Assembly (NCBI RefSeq): GCF_964204645.1
Contig: NC_134026.1
Span: 16,092,150 to 16,156,149, forward strand
DNA from: Tubulanus polymorphus
Lineage: Eukaryota; Animalia; Nemertea
Length of the DNA stretch: 64,000 bases
Reading direction: 5' to 3'
Shown here: piece after piece, positions 1 to 14,700 of the stretch
Position numbering within the stretch: position 1 is the stretch's first letter
Layout: each line of letters starts with the position of its first letter
Notes under the pieces: generated by a model
The model's input: the letters and a program-made list of their open reading frames with translations, nothing else
The model's database searches: none
What the model was told of the DNA's origin: nothing
Position numbers and translations under genes: made by a program

Positions 1-2479
1 CTATAGTTCTCGTGTGCTTACAGACGTATGTACACACTCCCAGTCAAGAACACGCCGACACGTGTCATTTTTGGGAAAACTGAAACTCGTTTTTGAAAAC
101 ATAGTTCCGTGCCACATGCTTAGAATAATGCTTAGTAGCCAGTTAGACCCGGTCGAACCTCTAACTCCATATAAACACGAAACGAATAGAACGCTGAGAC
201 TTTCTCAAAAATACAACTCAGTCAGCCATACTCGAATGAGACCGGGAATTAGGCTCGACATCGCACACCAGGTAGGGTGAAAATACTGCATACCGCCCCA
301 AAAATGTACTTAAAACGTGTCCCCATTAATTATCAGAAGCTGACGATCATGTTCAAATTGTATGTATTTAACCAATCATTGGGCCCACCTGACTTGCTTT
401 TTTTTCATTAAGAAAAATAGCATATTTTCGTTGAAGTGTCCTGCGATCATTTCAGGGGAAATGGGAGCTCGGTACCCTTTCAAGCTAAAATATGCAATAT
501 CTTCAAGGATGTCTCTTACCCACTATTTCTGGATTAAATTTTGTTTATCATTATTCGAATTTTCAAACATCTCTTGTATTACTTTCTTATGAGCAAAAGG
601 AAACCTTTTTTTCTGAATAACAAATCTGAATCTGAATCTGAATCTGAATGTAGAGGCTACAGTCGGCAAATATAATGAATATACATAAAATCCATGACGC
701 CAATCTAGGCGATTTAGGCATTTGACATCAATTGCAAAAGTTTTGGAAATCAAACAATTTTGTGCTATCGCGCGGTTCATTGTTGAGTGCCACACGCGCC
801 TTCTCGTCCGTTGGTCACAAGTGAAATAAATGTACATAATCAATGGCGACATATGAAGTAGAAAGCCAATATATATAATACAAAAGTCCACATCAGTTGA
901 AAATTACAAATTTAATATACAATTTAGTTTGGTCATTTGACAATTAATTACATATGAAATTATGAATGAAATAGGCATTTTGATATCATGTCCCATATAA
1001 TCGATTGTTAGTGTGCGAATTAATGTTCTCTCAACAATAAGAGTTATAGGGAAACCCCAATAAAACCGCTTGTGGAATGTACGTAATACACACCTGTTGA
1101 CCCACAGATGTCGTAACATCTACGCCAACGGTAAGGTGATGTTACGTAAGAGCATACGCAACTATCATTTTCCTCTCTGTTTGACAAAGTTTGGAATCGG
1201 ATGCAGATATAGGGTCTGATACATCGAGGAATGCACCCAGATTAGGGATTAGAATTAAAAGGACACGTAACCGCACATCGGAAACATCAATTTGAAATAT
1301 CTAATCGGAAACACAAAGAACAAGCTTTCAACGTAATTTCAGTGTTTTAGGGAATCAGTTTGATATCTTTTATTTTTGAAGTATGTGTTCATTCATTTCA
1401 AATGAATGCAGATTTAGCAGAAGGGTACCCGGAACGTCCGATTAATCAACATTTGTTATTAATCTCCAATATTGTCAGTCTGTTTTCTTCTGGTAGGCTT
1501 GTTTCTTCTGGTCTTGTTTCTGTCTTGTCACGCGTGTTTGTAAAAGCCGCGATCACGCATAATTAGAGACCGCTTTCATGCGCAAACCACTCACTCGATA
1601 TCAAACAAAGCTAGGTGCGAGTCACTTCCACAATCGATAGGCATTCACACGGAATTATATCTGACCCGTGCCAAAATTTGGCACGAGCCGAGTCCGATAT
1701 TTTTCGTCAGGGACTCAAGTGATAGCAAGTTATAGATCACAGGCTATTTTCACTGCCTCACGTACGTATAACCATGGACTATAAATCAAAGAGTCCATGG
1801 TTATACAGAATTGTGAGACAGCAGACATCAGGGACTCAGTTAATTACTCATCGATCCGTCAATTACGCATCAACCGTTACAATAACGCCGCTAACAATTC
1901 TTTTGATTAAATCTGACCATTCAGCTAATTTTTGCATCAATTTCCAGTACAGTCCAGTCAAATCTAATGGACCTCAATATGTATCGAAACGGAATGAGCA
2001 TATATGTTTTTTACGTTGCTGATTCAGTGATTTATATATGCAATTATCATACGTATAATGATTATAATGATTGCAAACTTATAATGATTATTTTTAGGTT
2101 TATTATCGTGATCCAATTTCGTGTTTTTGGTTAAGGTTAGGTCATTGAAGTTTTGAAATCGCTAGTAAATGCTACATTTCTTCATGATTTTGTGCACAAT
2201 GTCCAAGATATAGAATTAGGAAAATAAATTGTTAACTAGCTAACTCGCATATATCAAACTTATCAAAAATCATTTTCATGCACATACAAGTATATAGTCT
2301 TTCGCTTATATAGCCCTGATTTGTAATAAGGATGAGCCCCCCAAACTTGTGCGATATGATTCAATCGTATATTGCACGTGTACATTCATTCATATGCTAA
2401 TTCGACCTGCCCTATGACGCTGTATTGTCTTGTCATCTAAAAGTGCGGTGATGCTGATTATCATTTATATGGGAAGCAG

Positions 2480-2660
2480 CGGGTGGGGGCCAATTAAAAC
2501 AAACGAAAGAATACTTTATTCACCTGCCTCCTGTCGGGAGCGGAGGTGGGACCGGTATAAATACGACCGACTGCGGAACCAATGGCAAGAAGGTTTGAGG
2601 GCTTTAAGGTACAACAGTGTCAGAAGTGACTGGAATATCATAATCAATCGCAAGCTGAAG
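2480..2660 (+). promoter_or_regulatory. Putative gcm core promoter and non-coding exon 1
   Basis: CCAAT (~2491), GC-box-like gggagcggaggtggg, TATAAATA at 2556-2563 and donor GAAG|GTATAT at 2660/2661. Acceptor TAG at 3487 lies just upstream of the ATG at 3510. Confidence 0.5.
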
Positions 2661-3509
2661 GTATATATTTTTTTATTCATTAATGCGTACAAATGTAAAA
2701 TGATTGGACTTACAAACCTCTTGGTGTTTATAGTCAGGCGTATTCGATAAGGCAACATGTTATATTAACCTGAAACTAACTTCATGTATGTCAATGGAAA
2801 ATAGTTATTACTTTTCCTTATAATTCCGTTACAAGACACGAAAAGGTATGGAATCAGTATTTTTCGAGAATCGAGCAGCCAACCACATTTGTCACTAAGG
2901 AATTAGCTACTAAGAAAATAGATGCAATTATTTGCCAAGACGTATCAAATGTAATTATGCTTATGTATTATCATTTACCCGCTGACTTTAGTGAACAGGT
3001 GAATAAGTCGCCAGACAAACAATATTGGCGGAGAGTCACTTGGACAATGGAATTTTGTAGTTGTGACCCAAAGAAGTTTCTTAACACAACAATAGGTCTT
3101 GAGCCAATACATTGAAAATCGTGGTCAGCAACACGATGCTCTGTGATGGACTTTTCTCATATAATTCTAATTACTTCGAGTCAATTGAAATGTAAAATTT
3201 GACATCCATTTGCTAATAATCTGCAATTGGCCTATTGCGCACATCGACAGCGCATTTCTTACCAGGCGCATCCCAGTTAATATGAATACCACTATTTTAT
3301 GAAATGCATTATTTACGAAGTCGGTCTTTGCATAATTTGTGAGCCGACCCGTGCCTACCAAGTGTGACACATGGGCGTAATATAGCGATCATCACAAACC
3401 TCCCTGCAAAACCATTAACAAACCAACCAGGATGTGCAACGCTTTGAAAATTGTTTAACTGCACATAATATATCTATCATTCTATAGTCAATCTGGTTAA
3501 ATAACTTGA

Positions 3510-6500
3510 ATGATGACTCTCCACGAGGAAGCAGCCGCATACTTACAGGAAGAAAAGTTGCAGAGTGATGTTGAAAAATCTACATTGAAAATGTGGGATA
3601 TAAATGATACGAATCTTCCGCAGGTAAGCCTCTTTTGTTGTTTTGTCTGAAGCTTCTGATAAGTATAGTCCCATATCTTCATGGGGGAAATACAAAATAT
3701 TAGCGCACTTTAGGTATACATAAATATATTACGTCAAAATAAAGTTGTAAATGAAATTAGAAAAATAAATTCATAATCCAGCTTACATAGAACGATCGTA
3801 TAATCAATATAAGATAATTATTAATACATTCATAACTACGAGTGATAATAATGAAATAAATATACAAAATATATTTTGTAGCCGTTTGAAACTGAACGTT
3901 TCCGTGATTGGCCAAATGGCCATTGTCGGTATATTTACTCCGAAGAAGAATCTGAGGACGCTCGTCGACATTGCAGTGGTTGGGCGATGCGAAACACCAA
4001 TAATCACAACGTAAATATTCTAAAAAAATCGTGCTTAGGTGTGTTGATTTGCTCAATGCGCTGTGTGTTCGACGATGGCAGTAATGTCCATTTCAGGCCA
4101 GCTATATGTGATAAAGCCAGGAAGAAACAAATAGGTAAGTTAAATTTTCTGATCAACATCACGTTTTGATATTTCCATCGAAGACGTTGAGTAAACTAGC
4201 AATTGAATATCTCATCAACATCTAGTAGTATACATGGCCGTGCCCAGTGTACTTAGATTTACTAATATTGTCTGTCACTGTTCTCAGCTCTGATAGCCGC
4301 AATCATAATTTTATTTGATTGGCAACAAGACTTCGTCGAAATTAAATGACGGATAGAATCATAAGTTCTTCGTACTCAGATCAGTTAGTGAAAATTCATG
4401 TATAGAAAGATTGCTGGGTTATTTTCGTCATTATATTATATAGTTTCATTTATCAAAAATTCATATGTACACCTGAAGCCCAATTTCGTGTCTCGTGCCT
4501 AATTTGAAACGAATGGCATTTGTTTATATTACCACTGGCCAAAATTTCTACCTAGAAACAGAATGGTGCTCTTCATTTTGTATTTACACGGACGTTGCCG
4601 TTAATAATCCCGAATGGCTTCAGGGGCGCTTTAAAATTAAAGCTCTTTATCATATACGTATTATCATTATTCGGTTAGTAGAAATGGCATTTATGGATAA
4701 CAATTTATGATGACTATAGGCTGGTAGACGATCGACTCCCTAGATACACGCATGCCGTGAAAAGCCCATAATTCTATGGATATGGAATCCATAGAGCACT
4801 TAACATTGTCACGCACTCTGAATGACGTGGTCTTAATAGTCTCAATTAATCAAAAGATTTACTTGAAAACTAGGGAATCGTAAAATGTAAGTGCATTTGA
4901 CGTTTCCAAAGTTTAAGAAAATACTGAAATTGGCAACCACTCTGCCTATGGGTCTTTTTTAAATATGAACAATAGTAAGTAGTTTTTTTTAGTTATATAT
5001 GGTATGTTGACGTGAAACATACAATGCGCGCATTAGTTAAACAGAATACAAAACGCCTCATTTTCAATGAACGAATACTGAGCTTTTCATATTTCCTGTG
5101 TTGAAAGATGGAATGTGTTAATTACGTTTTGCGAATTAGTGGGGTAGGGACGAATCCTGAACTCACAATGTAATATGAAACTATTCCATGAATTACTCCG
5201 CAATTTTGTTATTTCAGGTCGCCCGTGTCCAAACGAAAGATGTCCCGGTAGACTTGAACTACAACCTTGTCGGGGGCACTGCGGTTATCCTGTAACTCAC
5301 TTCTGGAGGCATTTGGATGGTTATATATTTTTCCAAGCGAAAGGCACGCACGATCATCCATTCCCGGAAGCAAAAACGTCTGCTGACACGAGACGACATA
5401 GCACGCGTCGCACAATAGCTAAACAGCATAAAATGAAGGTACGAGTATAAACGAGTATATATGACGACGATGTGTGTTCGTTTCATGATTTGTAGATTCT
5501 GTAGCCACAGTAAATTCAACCCTGGTGTTAAAATTTACACATATAACTATGAGCAAAAATGATAAACCAAGGATATAATTTATGCTTGAAGGTTTTCTTC
5601 GTATTACGCTAGTGCATTAATACCATTCTGTTCGATTTCCTCATACAGGCGATTGATGTTTCAAAGTCTGGGAAACGATTATCAAGTGATGCAATGCGCC
5701 TGCGCTACAAAGTTCCAAAACTAGGAGTTTCAGGTAAGGATACAAGATTGGAATAAAAGATAGCATTTTGTGATAACGTAATTCTGTTTCCTTCAAAACT
5801 TCTGATATTTATTGATTTAAATCGTAAACCATATTTCGCATCAAAAGCAATTGTCATTGGATGGCGTTTCGCGTCCTACTGAATCAATGTATGTTTCTAC
5901 CAGGAAGTAAAAATGTGTGTAGTACTGGTGGTATATTATTCTTTGTATCATAAGTTATTAGAATTGTCTTATCATAAGTTATTAGAATTGTCTTTATTGC
6001 TTTCAGAATCAGACGTTATTTGTTCATGTCCCCCGTTCGAGTGTCTTTGTCCACCACAGTCTCATCAAATCAATCGCACTCCGGGATACGGTAGTAGCTT
6101 TGATCACTTAGATGGAAACATATATTCGGATTTCATGCCACCAGCCAGACAGGAACCAAACGGAATTTTTGGCCCATCCGTATATTCTATGGATTATAAT
6201 GAAGATAAAAGCCAAATTTATATACATTCCGCTTATGATGGAAGGAGCTTTGCAATGAATAGACATTCACCGTCACCCCCTAGTTCTAGACACTCGTATA
6301 TTCCAGCTGAGACCAATTGCAGTATGATGTTTACCGCCGAAACGGAGAATAGTTCTACCCAAATGGCAAAAAACGTCATAGACATGACGGATTTTAATTC
6401 AAAAAAGGATTCAACTCTGCCCACAGATTTCGCGATCAAAGTTGAATGCAATGATGATCTTACACAGGCAACAAACTCTCAGAGACATACACACAAACAA

Positions 6501-6881
6501 TCAGCGTCGCCTGTATTACTTACAGAACTCACGACTGTACACAAACAATCGGTGAATGATATGAGTTGCTCGTCTTCGTATCGACTGGCAGATGAGTATG
6601 TGCCGACATCGGATGCGCTTTCACAGAAATTTCCTCCTTCCCCCGATTATTTCACTACGTGCCAACATAACTATCCGCGAAAGCCGCCAACAGCATCTGC
6701 AAAAGTTCATACCAATGGAGGAAATATAACCGATTTCTTTTCAAATGCAAACTATAGTTATGCATATGAAAATATTCGTTACCAGCCATCTGCAGAAAAT
6801 AGTAATCTAACCCATTATCTTCATGATAGCAATGCGGCAACGATAAATATTACCCTTGGGGTCGCTTATAGCCAATTATAG
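3510..6881 (+). CDS. gcm: Glial cells missing (GCM-domain) transcription factor; coding exons 3510-3623, 3882-4134, 5218-5438, 5649-5733, 6007-6881 (~515 aa)
   Basis: Hand-spliced at GT-AG sites with consistent phases (0,1,0,1). Translation contains the GCM signatures [63 protein letters not shown] and [16 protein letters not shown], followed by [10 protein letters not shown] and a Ser/Pro-rich C-terminus; no lesions. Confidence 0.96.
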
Positions 6882-9800
6882 CAAAGAGTGCTCATTAACG
6901 TCTATTAGAACCGTTTATATTGAACAATGCTACGTATAGAATCGGTCAATATACACAAATGTTTAACAGTAAGAATCTTGCAAGTCGATGAAAATTTGAT
7001 GTTTCGCGTGGTTGTTTTTCATTTTCAGAATCATCGTCAATGAAGCATTTACGAGGTTTATCATTCAAATAGGTTTGACTGCATTTAATGTTCGATATGT
7101 GAAGAATTATTTTTCTACATGTGATGGATGTGTTTTCATGTGTGCCCTAATTCCTGTCCATTATTTTCATTCAGAGCATTGACATTTGAGAGTGTTTTAA
7201 ATAGTTATGATAATCGTGTACAATGGATAAGTTGATATTACATTCCAGAATGATAGTTTTTACCGATTGATTGAAAGAGGATTTAAATGATATAACTCTG
7301 TGACGATGATTATTACGATTACGTTAAATCAACAGAAATCTATCTTATTTGATGTGGTTATTTTTGGATCAAAGGTGTTGATTTTCAAACCATTTTCACA
7401 GAAGAAAATAAAGAATATTTGTAATATAATGGAACTTCTTGGTAATTCTTCAAATCTTTGAGTATAGCTAGGTTCGCACCATCGTTTTGTAACCGAACGA
7501 CTTCAGTCGTGCCAAAGCCCGTAAATAAAACGTGTCCTTTTCGACTATTCGGAGTCGATGGAAATCAGACCCGCCCACCAACAACGCTGACTTCATTTCT
7601 TTGTCTTTATTTGACTTTTGACCATTAGCTACGTACGTAGGTAGTATAAGTGGATGGAATGGGTCTACACTGGACATGCGTTTTCAATGAAATTTCATCA
7701 CAATATAAAACCAATTAAATCTTCCGAAAACTTTGTATCACAGGGAATAATTTTAAAATAAATCTATGGTTAACTTAGAATCTAACCAATTGGCCTTGGC
7801 TAAACTTCACGGCGCGATTGCGTTTTCAATGTCGGTAAAGGTCTGACAGAGTAAATCAATAGTCTTACAGTCGTTATATAAAATTTGGATGGAAGAGTGA
7901 CCAACCTGACAAGTCGACAGTATGCTTTATCCCGCGCAGAGATATCCTTTTTTCTTATACAAGCAAAATCGTGCGCGAATCAACCCCCGACGCAACGAGG
8001 AAAGCATTTAAATGCACCCGAATAAACAATTCAAGATCATATTTTTAAAGGATAGAAATCCAAAATCTGCAATAGTGATTAATATTTTCCAGTCGTTTTT
8101 ATTTTGTCCGCTCCCCGTAACATCCCGATATTTTTCTACATAATTTGCATGATATCTTTATCTTTAGCCGTTTTCTAAGAGCAAGAAAGAAATCAAAATG
8201 GTCCATTACCTAGATATATACACACTTAGATGCACGCACACACGTGCAAAAAATCGACCAAAACCCCATAACAAAATGCAGACACACTTAGATGCATGCA
8301 CACACGTGCAAAAAAATTGACGAAACCCCCAAAACGCAGGCTATGCGCTCCGGCGCACATCACGGAGATTAAAATCCTAACTATACGTAATATCAGACCC
8401 TGAAATTGTACAAATCTTATGCCGATCACCTAATACCGATAATTTAGTAATAGTACTAATATCGCAACCAGTAGACGATTAATAAACAACTTGAGTTAGA
8501 GATTAACTATCGATCAAATAAGAATGTAACCAATCATAATTATTGAACCGTTTAAACAGAACAAATACCCATTTTCGGATGCAAGCTAACAAACTAAATC
8601 GAAATACAATCGACGACAATCCGCGCTGAAATGTAAACATATAGACCAAAGAACCTCCAGGGGTAAATCTATTCAAATTGCCGACGTAAAAACATTCTAT
8701 CAGCACGAATCCATCACATTACTAATGCTACAAGTACTTTTTCAGAGTTTGAACAAAAGAAGAAATTCGTCGAGTGAAATAAACCGATTGGTCGGATCAG
8801 GATTGTTTGCAGTTTCCACAACGACTGTATGAACGTATCCCTTCTGGTCAGGTCTCGTTCCGACGACTTTACTGTGAGGCTTCAACGGTCTCCAGGCTCC
8901 ACTAACAGGACTATATCGCCGACACGTGCATTTGGGGTTTGCCATTTATGGCGCGTCTCAGGGGCGGATCAAGGGCCCAATTTTGACTGCCTCACCAATG
9001 AAAAAGGGCACCTTTTCAAAAAGGGGCGTATTATAGGAATCAAATAATTTTCAACCATGCATTTTTGTTGTTGGTTTTATAGGAAACCGGACTACAGCAT
9101 AAATTCATTTTTGATTATTGTTTTATAGGAAACCGGACTACAACATAATGCCATTTGAATTTTACTTTAAATGTACCTTTTAAAAACATGCCTGTCACCA
9201 GGATTTCTACAGGATAGGGCACAACCTTTGCCAGAAAGGGGCACATTCTTGAGTGAAAAACTAAGCTAAAAACAGATCTAAGCCCTTTTCTGCAGTAAAA
9301 TCAATTTACAATAGAAATAAGATTCAGTTTTATTTCAGCATATGTTCAAAGTGCCCTTCTAGGAAAGAAAATTCTAAAGGTTTTTGAAATATTCTTACTT
9401 TCCTGCATATGAATGAATATTCAAAACACCATTTAGGACCACAAGGGAACAATTGTTTGAGGCACACCCTAAGGAAATTTGCCTGATAAGACATTTCAAA
9501 TTCATTTCAAATTTTTCTTGCCTTTGAAAAGATTTTTTGCCACGCTGTACATAGGATCACTCGCTTTAGATGATTCAAAGCGTGGTCTGTCGCTGATCTT
9601 CAGTTGTAGCAGCAATATTCCTCTACGGGTCGTGCAAATAAAATTGTAGTTTGGCCACCAACGACTTGATGTTCACGGAATACTCGAATACTTTAACGTC
9701 GTCAATGTGCCTCACTGCGTGGAAGCATCAGGCAGATTGAGAACTTTTCGAGTTCCTTCGGTTTGTTCTGGTCGGATGTTCGGCCAATTCAAGGCGCGAT

Positions 9801-10260
9801 TAATAAACGCAAAAGCAATCCCCGATTTTCTCAAATTCCTGGCACAGAGCATTTAAACGACTGTAAGACATCATGTATCCCCTATATACACACAAAAAGT
9901 AATTTTCCCGTTTTCCCGGTAGGTTGAAATAACATGCCTACGAATACAAGTCCGTTGTTTTGAGAATGTCATGGTTTGAATATATTTTGTTTGAATTAAT
10001 ACCTGGAGAAGGATATTCTCGATGGTTGGGGGGGGAGGGGGGTCATAATTTTAGAAGGTTTAACTACATCAGCAATCAAGCTGAAAATGGAGATGATAAG
10101 TCAAATGAATATTATTATTGGCCAAATCTTGCCGATCTCACTAGCTCCACCTTTAAATTGATATGCTGATATAATATGTTACTCAGATCTTATGTTACTG
10201 GACGATGGAATAGGATTCAAAATTTATTCATTTTTATTGGCAAATTAATATAAGTCAATT

Positions 10261-10388
10261 TCATTCATGGCGCTTTGACGTGAGAAGCTTTTCAAGAACA
10301 TTCTGAATTCTTAATAGTTTTCCATTTCTTTCGCTTCCCGCTCGTGTAGACTCAAAATGGCTACAGCCGTCGTCACTACGACAAGACG
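10261..10388 (-). CDS. Oxytocin/vasopressin-family precursor, last exon (neurophysin C-terminus plus copeptin-like tail)
   Basis: Acceptor ttcttccag|, phase 1. Encodes (T)SCRSDDGCSHFESTRAGSERNGKLLRIQNVLEKLLTSKRHE*, supplying the last two neurophysin Cys; AATAAA signals at ~10223-10238 on -. Confidence 0.88.
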
Positions 10389-10509
10389 CTGGAAGAAATA
10401 TAAACATACATCAAATATATTATTTCAAACATGTATGTCGATAAAGCTCTCATAACAAAACATAAATCTAAAGTATATTCTTATCACAATGTGAATGCCA
10501 TACGTGAAC

Positions 10510-11369
10510 GGGGTCCCTACCTGTGTTCCCCAGGTTCTATATTCCCTGGGACCTATGTTCCCCTAAGGGAAATTATACATGAAGGGGTTCTATATTCACC
10601 GAGTCCGATGTTCCCGGGTTCTATATTCCCCTGGTTATTTATTACCTCATGGAAAATTATAGAAAATGTACGTCATTTGTTCCCATGGCCACACACACAC
10701 TACATTTCGGCGCTGGGAATTCAGAGCATGATAAAGGGGCAGGCTGCCGAACCTGAAATGCAACCAATGTTAGGGGGCATCCATTAAAATCTTTTGTGGA
10801 CAAGGGGGAGGGGATTCGTCTGATATGGAAGTCCATCTTGAAAGGGAGGGGGTCACTAGTTTAGGGACATCTTTTTGTGGATAAATGTATACGGTAAGTA
10901 AAATCACTCTATCCTCCAATGAATAGTTACCAGTAACAAGTTATGATTATAATTCCAGGTTAAGGGAATAAATGTAGATACGTTAATCAAAGTTTTTTTT
11001 ATGCTGCATCAAATCTTTATCAAGTGTGAAATTTAAGCTCCATTATCCGTTGGAAAAGGGGAGAGGGGGTCAAGCTGATATGAATTTTATGTGGACATGG
11101 GGGGGGGAGGTCAGATTTTCTATATCTTGTGTGGATGTCTTTTATGGACAGCCCCTAAGTCGATGTGGGAAATCGGCACTTTCTTTTTTCTCTAAGGTGA
11201 TATCGAAACGGCGTGTTATTAAATGTTAAAATTGATGGAATATTATTAAAACGCATAGGGTATGGACCCCTGCGGTCGACCTTTTTATCATTTGGCGAAT
11301 ATGGAACTCTTTTTATATTATTTCCCATGGGGAATATACGTAGAACCTGGGGAATTTAGGGATGACCCC
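10510..11369. mobile_element. Non-autonomous DNA transposon (MITE) in the last intron of the neuropeptide gene
   Basis: GGGGT...ACCCC ends with inverted ccccaggttcta/tagaacctgggg; flanking direct repeat CGTGAAC (10503-10509, 11370-11376). Confidence 0.7.
10773..11155. mobile_element. PIF/Harbinger-type MITE nested in the previous element
   Basis: Ends ggggcatccattaaa / tttatggacagcccc, flanked by TTA and TAA. Confidence 0.55.
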
Positions 11370-11583
11370 CGTGAACGAATCGACTTCAAAGATAAAATAC
11401 CGCAGTAAAGTTGTCATATGAGGTTATGTCCACACATTAACATTTGAGCGGGTATCATTTGTAGGTACAAGGTAAAGAAATCATTAAGACATCAGATATC
11501 GGAAATTTGAGATTATGGCCAGGTAACTCTAAAACATTTGACATATTAATACATAAACTATATCTGCTTGAGTAGCTACTTAC

Positions 11584-11782
11584 TTCGATCACAACAGATT
11601 CTGTCAGCATAGCACCTTCCCATTTCACCACAACTTGCGAATTCCCCTTCCAGTCGACATGGAATGGGATTATTTGCTTCCAGGCGACAGATTTTCGTAG
11701 CATCGGATCCCATAATACAACCAAAGCTTCCGCAGCATGCATCGACTCCAACACAGTAACCATCGCCCATGCAGCGCATACA
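11584..11782 (-). CDS. Oxytocin/vasopressin-family precursor, neurophysin core exon
   Basis: tttag| ... |gtaagt, 199 nt, phase 0/1 as in the canonical neurophysin exon. CMRCMGDGYCVGVDACCGSFGCIMGSDATKICRLEANNPIPCRLEGEFASCGEMGRCYADRICCDR has 12 Cys, giving 14 with the last exon. Confidence 0.93.
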
Positions 11783-14700
11783 CTAAAATCAGAAATTGAT
11801 AAAATCGAGTGTTACCTTCATAAACAGTGGACTCCGACCAAGTCAGGAGTTTAATCTCCCCACGGGACAATCAAAGGTCCATCTCGAACTTCGATTGTTT
11901 GTGGTTGCTCTGAGAATATATCTAAGCAGTGTAATTGGACGGGGGGAGGGGTAGGGGGTCGTCATAACTATGGAAACTGTATCGGAAGTTGAATATTGTT
12001 TAACAATGTGTGGTGCAATTTGATCCATGATATAGCAAACGCCTTTTAAGCAGCAATTCGAAAAGCTGGTGATGGAATATTTTGACGGTAGTTTTACGAC
12101 GGCTCAATTACGTTTCCTGTAACTTAGGGCTAGACGTATTGGCCCCACTCCGCGCGGTTGCAGCAGAAATCAACATGGCCACCTTTTGAATGTTTAGTAT
12201 TATAAATTGTACATGAATTTCAATTATTTCAGCTCCTAGGGTTTCAAGGCACAATATAACTACATGATGTGATATGGCGATGTTAACAAATGATAATGCA
12301 ATCTCAGTCTATCTGCGCGCAATGGTGACTGGAAGGTTGCCTCTTGACTTCGGTCTCATTACAAAGCTACCAAAAACCTAATCGTGACAATGTAAATAGA
12401 ACCCGATCAAGACTGTATATATGTAAATGTACAAACATGTATTCAATATTCACGTGTCTGTGCCGCTTTCTTACTGACGGTCTATCAATGCGCATAGCAC
12501 TCTCCGTTTAATTACGATACATTCACGGACCTAACTATATGCACTGTACATTAGAAACACAAAACTGCACCCAGTGTAAAACTTTTACTTTTAGGCAAAT
12601 TCAGCACCAGATATGTGAAGTACCAACTGCGCACCCATTGACGGAGAAACCCATCCTCACCGGAGCTGCACCGTCGATGTCATACAACTACACTTCGGAT
12701 ACCTCAGGGCCATACTCTCATCTGGAAAATTTGCGTTTCGAAATGTGCTTTCTTCCTATCTAGTCAACACGCGGGATCATCAACTTAAAGGACTTCTACA
12801 TCAACATCTACCCGAGAAAATAAATGCAATAAACTATCGGACTATTTACATGTAGAAAATGACCAAAGAATATAAAAATTGACAAAATGATCTTCAACCT
12901 TGTAATATTGCTATTTCCAAAATCTCGATGTATTAGATTAGGCAGCCAAGAAAATTCACCCCAATCAGTTGCTTGCCGGTTCAGACTGAATGGAAGATTG
13001 TTTGAATGAACCGGAACCGAATTTCCAATTATGTACTTCGATAAAAAAAGATTCTATTAACTCGACCGCCGATGATACAACTATATTTGTACTTCGATTT
13101 CCGATTTCAAAATCAAATGTTTCGCTCCCGGCAGGTGTGGTGGGTCTGTAAGGGACGCTCAATCAAAAAATCAAACGAAATTTACCAGCCAAAAAGATAA
13201 CAGGAAAATCCCTATTTTGAGATCAAAAATGAATGATAATGCCGCAGTGAAGCTAGTCACAAACTGTCCCGATTGAGTGTACAGTGGTCAAAACATATAA
13301 ATTTGCGTAGTTACATAACTATTTGCAGTGAATTGCAGACGAAACATGAAGCCTTAATGGCCGTTACCAAAAACATTATAGCAATCACAATTGAAAGATA
13401 ATAACGATATGCAACTAATAATGATATACAACTAAAATTATATCATAATTTGTAGTCAGTGCGGAATGTTTGGTTTTGGAAAAATAATGAGGGGTGTTAG
13501 GTATTCATTCAATTCAAGTCATGATTTACCATATGTTACTTCCGTGTTGTTGAAAATCTCGCGAGAATGGTGCAACATTGAAACTGGCACTATATTTTTT
13601 TGTAAATATTCATAACTTATCCGCTATAAAGTGCCGATAAACAACAAACAGTATGTTTGGCCGCCATGGTTGCCTGGGACGCGATTTTTTTCCACAAGAG
13701 AGTTTCCGCCATCTTGTTTGCAAGTTCATGTTCAAGTTCAAGTTCAAATTTATTTCACAGAAAGCATGACAGGCTATGTACACATGTTGAGAGAAAACAA
13801 ACAATAAAATTTACAATTTTTCAAACAAAGCACAATTATAAAAAGAGAGAGAGAGAACAGTGCGCATGCTCCTTATTCAGTTTGTTAACACAATCCACAC
13901 GTGTGCACTACACTCGCTGTATCAGCGTTCGCGGCTCTCACCTACAAACAAAACAGCGTCAAATAGCCTGCCGGAACCCGCCAACCTGGGCACCTTTTCC
14001 ACGATTTTACATCTACATGATTAAATCAATTTCTGACAGCGTTTTCGCATTCTTTATTCGTGTATCTAGTGTTTCAACGTGTTTATCAGCATACAATGTG
14101 TTTATCAGCATACCCTGTCAGACCCGTGGTTAAGATGGATCTTTGAACATATGAAAATATTTATGTTTTGCCACGAATGTCATTCATATATTTCAACTTT
14201 TGGAAGATTTAAGAAATTGAGAAATAGTCGTAAAGCCTTCAAATGATCGCACATGCGGTCGGCCGCCCCGCTTGTGCTTGAAATAGAAAATTCGTATCTT
14301 GTACGATGGTGAGTGATCGAAAATAAAACATGAAATCTAAATAATTCGATTCTTTCAAAATGCGTTGGAAATATGTGGTTTGGAAATAAACTGCATTTTC
14401 TACTATCTCATTTCACATGTTGCCTCTCCATATAAACGTATTAACACTAACTATGATCGTTGTGATCTGTGTGCTGGCCACAAATGCATACAGATCACAC
14501 TACACTAACCATTCAACACCCAACTACTCACAGCTTTGATAAAATCCTAGTATCTAGTGTGTTTCTCCCTGGGCGGTAAAATGTAATCAATCAACATGTT
14601 TGATTATTCTACATCATCTTCAACGAGTCCCGAACGGTTAACGGCGACGTTTGCACCACCATTTTATAAAGGTCAAGCGACGACTCATTTTCAGCAAAAC

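Noticed and set aside
1-3480. Clustered GCM autoregulatory sites (ATGCGGGY) upstream of gcm
   Set aside because: No convincing exact matches seen by eye; needs a PWM scan.
5913-6006. N-terminus of the 322-aa ORF (MCVVLVVYY...YHKLLELS x2)
   Set aside because: Intron read-through containing a 24-bp duplication; the true exon starts at acceptor tttcag|6007.
11815-11910. DCPVGR on - as the possible hormone exon
   Set aside because: No first Cys, no GKR, an in-frame stop, and only ~33 nt from the next acceptor; the real peptide exon is at 25509-25367.
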